64,000 nt of DNA, from positions 128,001-192,000 of the forward strand of contig OZ253555.1 of NCBI GenBank assembly GCA_965262725.1, in the 5' to 3' direction. The DNA is from Dehalococcoidia bacterium. Its GTDB lineage: Bacteria; Chloroflexota; Dehalococcoidia; UBA2979. The translations under genes and the position numbers were made by a program. Shown in pieces: positions 17,836 through 27,474 of the stretch; within the stretch, counting starts at the first letter, position 1, and every line of letters begins with the position of its first letter. Under the pieces are notes generated by a model. The model was not told the DNA's origin and ran no database searches. It saw nothing but the letters and a program-made list of their open reading frames with translations.

Positions 17836-18117
17836 CATACTAGCGCCTCCTGTCAATCCTCTGCCGAAGCTCGACAGCCCTCCGTAGCGTTCGCGCGCGA
17901 CCGCGCGAGTCGCAGCGCTGTCTGGCGCGCGGGACCCTCTCGGATTCGCCAGCGCTGCTCAGCGGCTCGTCCCGCGAGCCGAGTTTGATGATTGTGCCGT
18001 CCGAGGAAGTGGAGCGCGTCGACTTGCCTCCAGCACGCAGGGGCCCACCCATTCGCCCCGGTCTTATGTCCGCGACACCGATATGCGGTGATGAGGAGTG
18101 GCATCGCTGCGCACTAG

Positions 18118-19510
18118 CAGGGTCGGGAAAAAGGCCCCCTTTGGCGCGGCCACGGAGCGAATCACCGCCAAGAGGGCGTATGCGGCGTCATTTCGGGGCC
18201 GATTCTGGCCCCCTCCGGGGCTCTCTCAGCCCGTCCGGGCGCCCCGGGACCTACTCCGGGCGCACTACGCCCGTGACAGCGCGGCGTCGATATTGGCCAC
18301 GCGCACCAGGTTGTACGCGGCAGCGCCCATCTCCATCCAGAAACCGTTGACCTGTTCGCCGATGTAGCGGAGCTTGCGCCCGCCCCCCACGGTCTTCAGC
18401 CACCCGAAGCTCTCCTCCACCATCTTGCGCCGGCGCTGACTCACCTCGTAGCCGGGCGTCTGCGCCACCTCCTCGGGGATGGCGCTGTGCTTCGCTCGCC
18501 GTGCCACGTGCGGCACGACCCCGAGTTCGCACAGCCCCTCCACGAAGTGCTTCGCGTCGTATCCCTTGTCGGCGCCCAGCGTCGCCCCCGGTGTCAGGCT
18601 GCGCTCGGCCATGGCCAGCGCCGCATCCCGCTCCGCCCGCCCGTGCGCCGTCGTGAGCTCGACATCGACGATGAGCCCGTTGCGGTTCTCCGTCATCACA
18701 TGCCCGATGTAGCTCGGGCGCGCCGCCTGCCCGTTCCCCTTCCGGTACAGGTGCGCGCCGGGATCGGTCGTGCTGACGTGGGTGTCCCGGTGCCGGCGCT
18801 CGCCGCGGAAGTCGACGTCCGGATTGCGGCCCGCAGGCTTGTCCCCGTCCTGCTCGTCGCGTGACCGGTAGCTCTTGTGCGACGCCCACGCCTCGAGCTG
18901 CGACCCGTCGACCGTGAAGTGCTCCTCGGACAGCAGGTTCCGCTCCCTCGCCTCCCTCACGACTTCCTCGAAGAACCCCCGGGCGATGTCGCCGTCAAGG
19001 AGCCGGGAGCGGTTCTTCGAGAACGTGGAGCGGTCGAAGGAACCGGGGTCTCCCGGGAGGTCGAGGAACCACTTGAACGCCATGTCGGACCGCAGCCGCT
19101 CGCAGAACTGGCTCTCGCTACGAATCGAGAAGAAGGCGATGAGGAGTGTCGACTTGAGCAGCGTCTCGGGCGGAATCGACGGTCGCCCGGACTCGCTGTA
19201 GAGACCGTCGAAGCGCGGGGAGAGATTGGCGAGCGCCCGGTCGACGATGGGCTTGATGCGTCGGAGCGGGTGGTCGCTGGGGACGAACATCTCCGGGCAG
19301 GTGAGAGTGGCGCGGCCCTGGTCCTCGCTCTGTCCTCGCATCGATATCCTCCCTCGTGGGGGTCCCTCTTGTATGATCGTTAGTATACTCGTCTTATCAG
19401 TTACAGTCGACCACTACCTGGGGCTTCTGACAGCTACCGGGGGCGTTTGTTGCACCCGCGGGGCACCGCCGGCCATGCTCCGGGCACCCAGGGAGAAAAT
19501 CACAACCCTG
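18118..19510 (-). mobile_element. IS5-family insertion sequence with CTAG target duplication
   Basis: CTAG at 18114-18117 and 19511-19514; imperfect IRs CAGGGTCGGGA / CAGGGTTGTGA. Confidence 0.8.
18265..19341 (-). CDS. IS5-family DDE transposase
   Basis: VPSDHPLR, GRPSIPPE, STFSKNR, HFTVDGS, TLGADKGYD, EESFGWLK, AAAYNLVR. Confidence 0.95.
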   Translation of the reverse strand: MRGQSEDQGRATLTCPEMFVPSDHPLRRIKPIVDRALANLSPRFDGLYSESGRPSIPPETLLKSTLLIAFFSIRSESQFCERLRSDMAFKWFLDLPGDPGSFDRSTFSKNRSRLLDGDIARGFFEEVVREARERNLLSEEHFTVDGSQLEAWASHKSYRSRDEQDGDKPAGRNPDVDFRGERRHRDTHVSTTDPGAHLYRKGNGQAARPSYIGHVMTENRNGLIVDVELTTAHGRAERDAALAMAERSLTPGATLGADKGYDAKHFVEGLCELGVVPHVARRAKHSAIPEEVAQTPGYEVSQRRRKMVEESFGWLKTVGGGRKLRYIGEQVNGFWMEMGAAAYNLVRVANIDAALSRA

Positions 19511-20278
19511 CTAGGGATCGCCGAGTTCGCGCGCCGCGACGGTGATCGCGTTCGCGCTCGCGGGCATCCCGGCGTACGGCCCGACCTGCAGCAAGAGCTC
19601 GCCCATCTCCTCGCGCGTGATCCCGAGTCCGGTGGCTCCCCGCACGAAGGCGGCGAGCTGAGCCTCCTGCCCCAGCGCCGCGAGCGACGCGACGCTGCAG
19701 ATCACGCGTGAGCGCGCGTCCAGACCCGGCCGCTGGAAGATCCCGCCGAAGGCATAGCGTAGTGTCCAGGTCCGTAGCTCCGGTTGCAGCGCCGCCGCGG
19801 CGACGAGGTAGGGCGGCGGGGCGGCGCTCTCGCCGAGGAGTTCGGAGCGGAACTCCACGCCGCGCGCCTCCGCCTCCGCGAGCGAGCGCTCCGGCACCGA
19901 GCGCGGGGCCGCTTCGACGCCACGTTCGGCGAAGACCTTGTGCGCGACGCCCAGCGATCCGGCGGCGGTCGGCATCCCGGCGTGCACCGAGCAGTGGACG
20001 AGGATCTCCTCCACCTCCTCCGGCGCGAGGCCGATGGTGAGTGCGGCGCCGACGTAGCGGCGCAGCTGCTCGAGGCGCTGGAGTGAGCTGAGCGCGGAGA
20101 GTGTCGCCAGCATCCGCTCCCTGAGCCCCAGGCCGGGGCGCGCCCAGATCGCTCCGAAGATCGCCTCGGTCGAGTGTTCCTCGAGCCCCGGCACGGCGTG
20201 AAGCGCCGCGGGGGCTGCGAGCCCCAGCGTCGCGCGCATCGCCCGCCCGGCCCGGATCACCTCCTCGCGCGTCGGCAT
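19511..20278 (-). CDS. Carboxymuconolactone decarboxylase/AhpD-like protein with two domains
   Basis: FGAIWARPGLGLRER and FGGIFQRPGLDARSR repeats; YAGMPA. Confidence 0.88.
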   Translation of the reverse strand: MPTREEVIRAGRAMRATLGLAAPAALHAVPGLEEHSTEAIFGAIWARPGLGLRERMLATLSALSSLQRLEQLRRYVGAALTIGLAPEEVEEILVHCSVHAGMPTAAGSLGVAHKVFAERGVEAAPRSVPERSLAEAEARGVEFRSELLGESAAPPPYLVAAAALQPELRTWTLRYAFGGIFQRPGLDARSRVICSVASLAALGQEAQLAAFVRGATGLGITREEMGELLLQVGPYAGMPASANAITVAARELGDP

Positions 20279-20298
20279 GACCCCTCTCCCTCCGCTGC

Positions 20299-21804
20299 TC
20301 AGGCGCCCGCGGGCCGCCCGCTCGCTTCCTCGATTGCGATCGGGCGCTCGCCCTCGTGCTCCCGGCGCCCGAGCTCGTCGGCGAGGCGCAGCGCGAGGGC
20401 GACGATGGTCAGGGTCGGGTTCGCGTACCCGCCCGTCGGGAAGGTCGATGCGCCGCTCACCCAGAGGTTCGGCACGCCGTGCACGCGGCCCGCCCCGTCC
20501 ACCACGCCGCGCGCCGGATCGCGGTGCATGCGGGTCGTGCCCATCTGGTGCGAGCTCGGCGACGTCAGCTCGGGGAGATCGCCCGCAGGCGGGACCTCGA
20601 GGTGGCCGACGCCCGCGCGCGCGAGTTCGTCGGCGAGCAGCCGCTCCGTGCGCCGCACGCTCGCGAGCTCGCCGTCGCTCCAGCGCCAGCGCACCGATGC
20701 CTGGGGCATCCCCAGCTCGTCGCGGGCGTGCTCGGAGAGCGTGAGACGGTTGTGGGGGTCGGGGGCGAGCTCCGTCTGCAGCTCGACATCGAACGCGGGC
20801 TCTCCGGCGGGGACGCGCGACCAGCGGATTCCGCCCGCGCGCACGAGCCGTGCGGCGCTCGCCAGCAGCTCGAACTCGCGCTGCGCCGCCGGGGCAAGCG
20901 CCAGCTTCGCGCCGACCATGCCGCTGCCCACCCGGCGGACGCCGTAGAGCGCCGAGCGCTCCATCAGCGAGGGCTCCCGGGCGGTGAGGATGCCCGCGTG
21001 CACCTTGGCGTGCTCCATCAGGTAGCGGCCGACGAGGTCGCGGCGGTTGCCGATGCCCGCGGCCTCTCGCTCGTTCGAGAGCAGGAGCAGCCGGGCGTTC
21101 TCGATCGCGCCCGCCGCGAGCACGAAGCGGCGCGCCCGCACCGAGCGCCGGCCGCCCCCGAGCGAGGCGAGGCGCACCCGCTCGACCGCCTCCCCTCCCG
21201 CTCGCGGCTCGAGCGCGACCGCCGTCGCATGCGTCAGGATCGTGACGTGAGCCTTCGACTCGAGCTCTGCGGGGTAGCGCTCCGTGAAGACCTCGGGGGG
21301 ACCGAACGTCTCGATAGCCGTCTCGAAGCGTGACGGATCGAGGGGGAGCCGCGGCGCCGCGGCGCTCTCCCAGTCCTCGACGCGGCCGGAGGGCTCCGGA
21401 ACGCCGCAGGTCGCAAGCGCCCGCTCCAGGTAGGGCTCGAGCTCCTCCCAGCCGAAGGGCCATCCCGAGTCCGGCACCCAGTCGCGCGCCTGCAGGTCGA
21501 GCGGGGTGAGCGGGAGGTAGCGCGCCCAGAGGTCGGCGGATCGGTGCCAGATGTGCGCCGTGCCGCCGAGCTGGCGCCAGCGGGTCTCGCCGTGCGGATG
21601 GAGGTCGCTGGCGCTCTCCTCGAGGTCGGCGAGCCGCTGCGCCCCGTCGTCGCTCTCGCGTCCGCCCGACTCGACGAGCAGGATGCGCGGCCCGTCGGCA
21701 GCGAGCTCGCGGGCGATGGTGAGCCCCGCGGGACCCCCGCCGACGATCAAGAGGTCGGCGTCGAGCTCGCCTCCGTCGGGGAGGCTGCGCGCGTCGAGGA
21801 TCAT
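20299..21804 (-). CDS. GMC family FAD oxidoreductase
   Basis: IVGGGPAG, VLAAGAIENARLLL, GRYLMEH, HQMGTTRM, ANPTLTIVALA. Confidence 0.93.
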   Translation of the reverse strand: MILDARSLPDGGELDADLLIVGGGPAGLTIARELAADGPRILLVESGGRESDDGAQRLADLEESASDLHPHGETRWRQLGGTAHIWHRSADLWARYLPLTPLDLQARDWVPDSGWPFGWEELEPYLERALATCGVPEPSGRVEDWESAAAPRLPLDPSRFETAIETFGPPEVFTERYPAELESKAHVTILTHATAVALEPRAGGEAVERVRLASLGGGRRSVRARRFVLAAGAIENARLLLLSNEREAAGIGNRRDLVGRYLMEHAKVHAGILTAREPSLMERSALYGVRRVGSGMVGAKLALAPAAQREFELLASAARLVRAGGIRWSRVPAGEPAFDVELQTELAPDPHNRLTLSEHARDELGMPQASVRWRWSDGELASVRRTERLLADELARAGVGHLEVPPAGDLPELTSPSSHQMGTTRMHRDPARGVVDGAGRVHGVPNLWVSGASTFPTGGYANPTLTIVALALRLADELGRREHEGERPIAIEEASGRPAGA

Positions 21805-21886
21805 CGGGCGGCCGCTTCGCCGGGGAGGCGTGGCCCCATCTCCGCTCCCGTCCGAGCCGCAGCGCGCCCCGGGCGCCGGTCGGGGC

Positions 21887-22969
21887 CTAGCTCCCTGAGG
21901 GATCCGGCAGCGTCACTACGACCCCGTCGCGCGCCGAGCGCACGGCCGCGTCGAGGACCTCCTGCACGCGCAGCGCGTCGACGAGGTTCGGCTCCTGCGG
22001 CTCGCCGCTCTCGATGGCGCGGATCAGCGCGTGCGCCATCGTCCCGAAGCGGCGCTCGGCGCACGCGGCGACCTCGGGCGGGTCGTCGGGCGGCGGCACC
22101 TCCACGACGCGCGGCTTACCGCCCTCCGAGCGCCTGGCCACCGTGACGGTGGCGCCCGCGCCCATCTCGTCGCCGTCGACCACCACGCTGCCCTCGCTGC
22201 CGTAGAGCTCCACGCGGCGCCCGAGCACGCCCGGGACGTTGGCCGAGAAGTGGATCGAGATGGCGGCGCCGGAGCGGGCGGAGCCGAGCAGCGCGAAGCT
22301 GTCGTCGGCGGTCACGCGGTGCATCACGCCGGCCTCGTCGGGCACCTCGTCGGTCCAGTGCCGCAACTCGCAGGAGACGCTCGCCCACTCGCCCACGAAC
22401 TGGCGCGCCATGTCGATGTAGTGGCTGCCGACCGCCATCAGCATGCCGCCGCCCCGGTCGGCGTCGCGGTGCCAGCTCCAGTCGCGCCCCGGCCAGCCCG
22501 CGAAGTGGTTGTAGCTGTAGTGGCGCGGCTCCCCGATCACCCCCTCCGCGATCAACTGCCGCATGTAGCCGTGCGTGACGAACGGACGCATCGTCATGCA
22601 GACGACGTGGGCGACGCCCGCGGCCTCCACGGCGGCGAGCATCTCGCGCCCCTCCTCCACGTTCAGGCCTATGGGCTTCTCGCAGAGGATGTGCTTTCCG
22701 GCCTCGGCCGCGGCGAGCACCATCGGGTGGTGCAGCTCGTTGGGACCGGCGATGTAGACCATGTCGATCTCGGGCATCGCCAGCATCTCGCGGTAGTCGT
22801 CGGAGGCGTGCGGGATGCCGTACGTCGCGGCGGCGGCCTCGGCGCGCTCGCGGCGCCCGCTCGCGATCGCGTGGAGCTCGATTCCGTCGTACGTCGAGAA
22901 CGCGGGGAGCGGCGCCGCCGCCGCCCACGCGGTGCCGATCACCCCCATCCGGTAGGTCCGGGCCGCCAT
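21887..22969 (-). CDS. Gfo/Idh/MocA family oxidoreductase
   Basis: GVIGT, GKHILCEKP, GGGMLMAVGSHYID, ELYGSEG. Confidence 0.93.
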   Translation of the reverse strand: MAARTYRMGVIGTAWAAAAPLPAFSTYDGIELHAIASGRRERAEAAAATYGIPHASDDYREMLAMPEIDMVYIAGPNELHHPMVLAAAEAGKHILCEKPIGLNVEEGREMLAAVEAAGVAHVVCMTMRPFVTHGYMRQLIAEGVIGEPRHYSYNHFAGWPGRDWSWHRDADRGGGMLMAVGSHYIDMARQFVGEWASVSCELRHWTDEVPDEAGVMHRVTADDSFALLGSARSGAAISIHFSANVPGVLGRRVELYGSEGSVVVDGDEMGAGATVTVARRSEGGKPRVVEVPPPDDPPEVAACAERRFGTMAHALIRAIESGEPQEPNLVDALRVQEVLDAAVRSARDGVVVTLPDPSGS

Positions 22970-23006
22970 CACGCTCCTCCGTCCTCCGCGCGCATCGTGG
23001 TCCGCA

Positions 23007-23807
23007 CTATAGCGAGGGCGGGCCGCCCGCTCCGGGCGCGCGGTGCTCCACGAGGAAGGAGACGACCGCATCGCGCAAGCGCGCGTCGGTGAGGCAGCCG
23101 ACGTGGTCCCTCCCCTCGAGCACGAGCACCCGTGCGCCCGGCAAGAGCCGCGCGAGCTCCTCGCGGATCCAGGGCTCCGCCGCCGGATCGTCGCCGCCAG
23201 CGGCCACCAGCGCCGGCACCCGCGCCCCCGAGAGGTCGGGCCGGGCGAAAGGCTCTGTTCGCACCACCTCGCGCGCCGCGCGCACGACCTCCGCCGCCTG
23301 GCCCGAGAGCCGCGTCAACGCACCGTCGAGCTGGCTCAGCGCCCGTGCGCGCTGCTCCTCCGCCCGCTCCTCGGCCGCGAGGTGGAGACCCTGGATCGCG
23401 AGCGCGCCGACGATCACGCCGCCGAGCGTGAGCGAGCGCACCCGGGCCGGCTGCGCGTCGGCGAAGCGGATGGCGTGGCATGCCCCCATCGAGTAGCCGG
23501 CGAGGTGCGCCGCGTCCACCCCCTCGATGTCGAGCACGCAGGCGATGTCGTCGACGCACGGCGACCCCGCGAGCAGCCGGGGATCGGCGACGCCTCCGCT
23601 TCTCCCGTAGCCGCGCGCGTCGGGGCGGATCACCCGCAGCCCGGCCTCCGTCAGGGGCTCGACCCAGCCGAGCCGTTCCCACGCCGACCCGTCGGCGCCG
23701 GCCGCGTGCAGGAGTACCACGGTCTCCGGCTCGGAGGCCCCCGTCTCGGGGGGGAGGTCGACCTCGTAGTGGATCTGAAGACCGTCGCGCGACACTACCT
23801 CGGCCAC
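23007..23807 (-). CDS. Alpha/beta hydrolase with canonical Ser nucleophile
   Basis: DARGYGRS, GYSMG, GRDH. Confidence 0.88.
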   Translation of the reverse strand: MAEVVSRDGLQIHYEVDLPPETGASEPETVVLLHAAGADGSAWERLGWVEPLTEAGLRVIRPDARGYGRSGGVADPRLLAGSPCVDDIACVLDIEGVDAAHLAGYSMGACHAIRFADAQPARVRSLTLGGVIVGALAIQGLHLAAEERAEEQRARALSQLDGALTRLSGQAAEVVRAAREVVRTEPFARPDLSGARVPALVAAGGDDPAAEPWIREELARLLPGARVLVLEGRDHVGCLTDARLRDAVVSFLVEHRAPGAGGPPSL

Positions 23808-23944
23808 GGCGCCCTCCCGCCGCGCTCGACCGGGCGCGGCGCCTGAGTCTACCGCGACGGCGTGCGCGTCCGACCCGGCGTCGTTGTGGGCGCTATAACC
23901 ACGGTGCTGCCGATGTCGGGGCCAGCAGGGAATGGGGGCGGACG

Positions 23945-24361
23945 ATGCACAGCCGGGAGACGGTGGGGCTCAGCGAGGGGCGGCGCGCGCTCGACGCGAT
24001 CCTCGAGGCGCACGCCGCGACTCAGGATCCGCGCCCGATCGCGGTCGCTGTCGTCGACGACGCGGGCGAGCTGGTGGCCTTCGCGCGCTCCGGGCCCGGC
24101 AACCCGCTCTCGGGGCGCGTGGCGACGGCGAAGGCGTACAGCGCGGCGCGCACCCGCAGCGAGACCGCAGCGCTCGGTGTGAGGCTCGCCGAGATGGGCG
24201 TGGGTATCGGCGACCTCGCGGACCCCGGCCTCACCACGCTTCAGGGCGGCGTCCCCATCCTGAGCGCCGATGACGCCTGCGTCGGTGCGGTCGGCGTCTC
24301 CGGTCTCGCCGCCTCCGAGGACGAGGAGCTCGCTCGGCGGGGTGTGGAGGCGATGGCCTAG
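23945..24361 (+). CDS. GlcG/HbpS family heme-binding protein
   Basis: AVAVVDDAG, AKAYSA, GGVPI, GAVGVSG, EDEELA. Confidence 0.9.
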   Translation: MHSRETVGLSEGRRALDAILEAHAATQDPRPIAVAVVDDAGELVAFARSGPGNPLSGRVATAKAYSAARTRSETAALGVRLAEMGVGIGDLADPGLTTLQGGVPILSADDACVGAVGVSGLAASEDEELARRGVEAMA

Positions 24362-24592
24362 CTTCATGTCCCTTCGGAGCGCGGCGCGTGAGCGGGTCGG
24401 AGTGCAGATGCCCGCAGCCACGACTCCGACGGGCGTCGTCTCACCGGGGCGGGATCGAGACCACTGTGGTGCCCTGCACCCGCTTGACGCAGGCTCGTCG
24501 TGTACGTGGCAGGCCGGAAGCTCGCCGTGCAATGGCGTCCCGTTGGCTCTCACTGCTGCCGCCAAGTCAATCGAAGACCACGAACCTCGGAT

Positions 24593-24925
24593 TCACGAGG
24601 AGAGGAGATCGGTGACGTCGGTCCAGAAGAGCGCCAGCAGGCAGATCAGCACGGCGGCGGCGAGCGTGAACGCCCCGGCGAAGAGTCGCGTGAGCAACGG
24701 GGGCTCGAAGTAGAGGTGCATGAAGAAGGCGACGACCGCGACGAACTTCACCGCGGAGAGGATGATCAGCACCGGGATCAGCGCGTCCCCGAGGTCGACC
24801 CATAGCGAGGCGCCGAGTTCGACGGCGGTGACCAGCGCGAGCGCCGCACCGATCCCGATGTACTGCTTCGGTGCGAGGCCGTGTTGCTTGTCGGCCGATT
24901 CGGCGTGCGATTCCTGACCGCTCAT
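24593..24925 (-). CDS. ctaF: Cytochrome c oxidase subunit IV
   Basis: VTAVEL, AVKFVAVVAFFMHL; last gene of the cox operon. Confidence 0.85.
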   Translation of the reverse strand: MSGQESHAESADKQHGLAPKQYIGIGAALALVTAVELGASLWVDLGDALIPVLIILSAVKFVAVVAFFMHLYFEPPLLTRLFAGAFTLAAAVLICLLALFWTDVTDLLSS

Positions 24926-24971
24926 CGCGCGCTCGCCTTCCTTCCCTGATCCCGCTCCACGCGACTTCCCA

Positions 24972-25658
24972 CTAGGCCGGAATCAGGTAGACGACCGTGA
25001 AGATCACGATCCAGACGATGTCGACGAAGTGCCAGTAGAGGCCGGCCGTCTCCACATGGAAGCCGGCCTCGGGCCCGAGGCCCCTCCCTCGGAACGCGCC
25101 CACGAGCATCGAGCCCAGGATCACCACGCCGACGGAGACGTGGGCTCCGTGGAAGCCCGTGAGCACGAAGAACGATGCTCCGAACTGGTTGGTCCCGAGG
25201 TTCAGCCCCTCCTGCCCGAAGGTGTAGAACTCGTAGGCCTGGTAGCCCAGGAAGGTCAGCCCCAGCGCGATCGTCGCCGCGAGAGAGAGCTGCATCATCA
25301 CGGGTCGCGCGTGCCGCGCACCGAACACGGCCAGCGCCATCGTGACCGAACTCATCAGCAGCACGAAGGTGCTCTGCGAGGTGATCGGGATGTCGAGGAC
25401 ACCCTGGTAGCTGACACCGTCGACGGTGCGGTCGGATGGGAACCACCCCGTCACCACGGCGCGGCCGCCCTCGAGGTGCGTGTGAGCGTCGATGAAGGAC
25501 CCGGGTGCGGGGGGAATGTCACCCTTGAAGATGAGGTACGTGGAGATCAGAGCCCCGAAGAAGAGGCACTCCGAGCCCAGGAACATCCACATCAGGAGCT
25601 TCCGGTTGTCGATCCCGGTGGAGAGGTGGTGGAGGACGCTGCGCTGAGCTACGGCCAC
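24972..25658 (-). CDS. ctaE: Cytochrome c oxidase subunit III
   Basis: MWMFLGSECLFFG, FFVLTGFHGAHV, LYWHFVDIVW. Confidence 0.95.
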   Translation of the reverse strand: MAVAQRSVLHHLSTGIDNRKLLMWMFLGSECLFFGALISTYLIFKGDIPPAPGSFIDAHTHLEGGRAVVTGWFPSDRTVDGVSYQGVLDIPITSQSTFVLLMSSVTMALAVFGARHARPVMMQLSLAATIALGLTFLGYQAYEFYTFGQEGLNLGTNQFGASFFVLTGFHGAHVSVGVVILGSMLVGAFRGRGLGPEAGFHVETAGLYWHFVDIVWIVIFTVVYLIPA

Positions 25659-25671
25659 GATGCGACCTCGC

Positions 25672-27474
25672 CTAGTCCGTGGGTTCCAGGACCCAGCCCC
25701 AGATTCCGTAGATGATCACCGCCACGCCGAGCGCGGTCACCGCGAGATGGGAGAGCGGTCCGACGCCGAGCATGAGCACGCCCGCGGACACGATGAGCGG
25801 GTAGTACGACGGCGGCGGCATGTGAATGTGTGTCCCCGCGTCTCCCGCCGGCTGGCTCAGGCCGTGATCGCGGTCGTGCCACAGCGGGTCGCGCGCGCGG
25901 ACCTCGGGAATCGCGTCGAAGTCGTGTTCGGGCGGCGGCGACGACGTGGCCCACTCCAGGCCGGATGCATCCCAGGGATTCCAGGAGGCGGTCTTCGGGC
26001 GCTTCATGGTGCGCGCGACGTTGACGATGAAGACCAGCACTCCGAGCGCGAGCACGAACGAGCCCAGCGAGGCGACGAGGTTCCAGAACTCCCAGTCGAG
26101 GCCGTCGTCGTAGGTGTAGATGCGCCGCGGCATCCCGGCCACGCCGAGGAAGTGCATCGGGAAGAAGGTGAGGTTGAGGCCGACGAACATCAGCCAGAAG
26201 TTGAGCTTGCCGAGACCCTCGCCGAGGAGGCGGCCGGTGATCTTGGGCCACCAGTAGTAGAGGCCAGCGAAGAGACCGACGATCGCGCCGCCGACGAGCA
26301 CGTAGTGAAGGTGCGCGACGATGAAGTACGTGTCCTGCTGCTGCTGGTCCACGGGCGGTGAGGCGTGCATGACGCCGGAGATTCCGCCGATGGTGAAGAG
26401 CACGATGAACGAGACGGCGAAGTACATGGCCGTCGTGAAGCGGATGCTTCCGCCCCACATCGTGCCGAGCCAGTTGAAGATCTTGATGCCGGTCGGGATC
26501 CCGATGATCATCGTGCTCGTGGCGAAGACGACGCGCGGCACGGCTCCCAGACCGGTCGTGAACATGTGATGACTCCACACGGCCCATCCCAGGAACCCGA
26601 TCGCGATACCGGCGAAGACCATCGCCGGGTAGCCGAAGAGCGGCTTGCGCGAGAAGGTCGGGAGTACCTCCGAGACGATTCCCATCGCCGGCAGGATCAG
26701 GATGTAGACCTCCGGGTGGCCGAATATCCAGAAGAGATGCTGCCAGAGGATCGGATCCCCGCCGCCGCTGGGAAGGAAGAAGCTCGTGTCGTAGTTGCGG
26801 TCGAAGAGCAGCTGGATCAACGCGACCGTCAGCACCGGCAGCGCGAGTATGAGGAGGAATGCCACCACGAGCGTCATCCAGGCGAAGACCGGCAACCGCA
26901 TCATGATCATGCCCGGCGCCCGCATGTTGATGATCGTGACGGCGAAGTTGAGCGCGGCGGCGAGCGACGACACGCCGAGGATCAGCAGCCCGATCACGTA
27001 GTAGTTCATCCCGCTGCCGGAGTAGAGGCTCTCGTTGAGAGGGGCGTAGGCGAACCAGCCGGTGTCCGGGGCGCCGCCGAGGAAGAAGCTGCTGGTCAGG
27101 AGGATCCCGCCTGAGAGGAAGATCCAGTAGGAGAGCGCGTTCAGCCTGGGGAACGCGACGTCGCGCGCGCCGATCATCAGCGGGATCAGGAAGTTGAAGA
27201 ACGCCGCTCCCAGCGGCATCACCGCCAGGAAGATCATCGTCAGCGCGTGCATCGTGAACAGCTGGTTGTACAGGTCGGGGTCGACGACCCCACCGTTCGG
27301 GACCGCCAGCTGCGCCCGGATGAGGAGCGCCTCCACGCCCCCCATCAGGAAGAAGAGGAACGCCGTCACTCCGTACAGCACGCCGATGCGCTTGTGATCG
27401 ACGGTCGTGAGCCACGACCACAGCACGCCCCGGGCGGCTGCAGGCTGAGACAACGTGCCGACAAGTGTTGCGAT
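25672..27474 (-). CDS. ctaD: Cytochrome c oxidase subunit I (A1 type); start at ATC 27474 or TTG 27453
   Basis: TVDHKRIG, FTMHA, AFPRLN, FGHPEVY, WSHHMF, AHLHYV, GMPRR. Confidence 0.97.
   Translation of the reverse strand: MATLVGTLSQPAAARGVLWSWLTTVDHKRIGVLYGVTAFLFFLMGGVEALLIRAQLAVPNGGVVDPDLYNQLFTMHALTMIFLAVMPLGAAFFNFLIPLMIGARDVAFPRLNALSYWIFLSGGILLTSSFFLGGAPDTGWFAYAPLNESLYSGSGMNYYVIGLLILGVSSLAAALNFAVTIINMRAPGMIMMRLPVFAWMTLVVAFLLILALPVLTVALIQLLFDRNYDTSFFLPSGGGDPILWQHLFWIFGHPEVYILILPAMGIVSEVLPTFSRKPLFGYPAMVFAGIAIGFLGWAVWSHHMFTTGLGAVPRVVFATSTMIIGIPTGIKIFNWLGTMWGGSIRFTTAMYFAVSFIVLFTIGGISGVMHASPPVDQQQQDTYFIVAHLHYVLVGGAIVGLFAGLYYWWPKITGRLLGEGLGKLNFWLMFVGLNLTFFPMHFLGVAGMPRRIYTYDDGLDWEFWNLVASLGSFVLALGVLVFIVNVARTMKRPKTASWNPWDASGLEWATSSPPPEHDFDAIPEVRARDPLWHDRDHGLSQPAGDAGTHIHMPPPSYYPLIVSAGVLMLGVGPLSHLAVTALGVAVIIYGIWGWVLEPTD

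Noticed and set aside
17853-18113. Short ORFs between DUF5131 and the IS5
   Set aside because: No SD, motif or codon pattern supports them; probably intergenic or eroded sequence.
15841-19434. Inverted 12-mer GCTG(C/T)CAGAAGC at 15841 and 19423 suggesting a composite transposon carrying tcmP-DUF5131
   Set aside because: A short 11/12 match with no target duplication; the right copy lies inside the better-supported CTAG-bounded IS.
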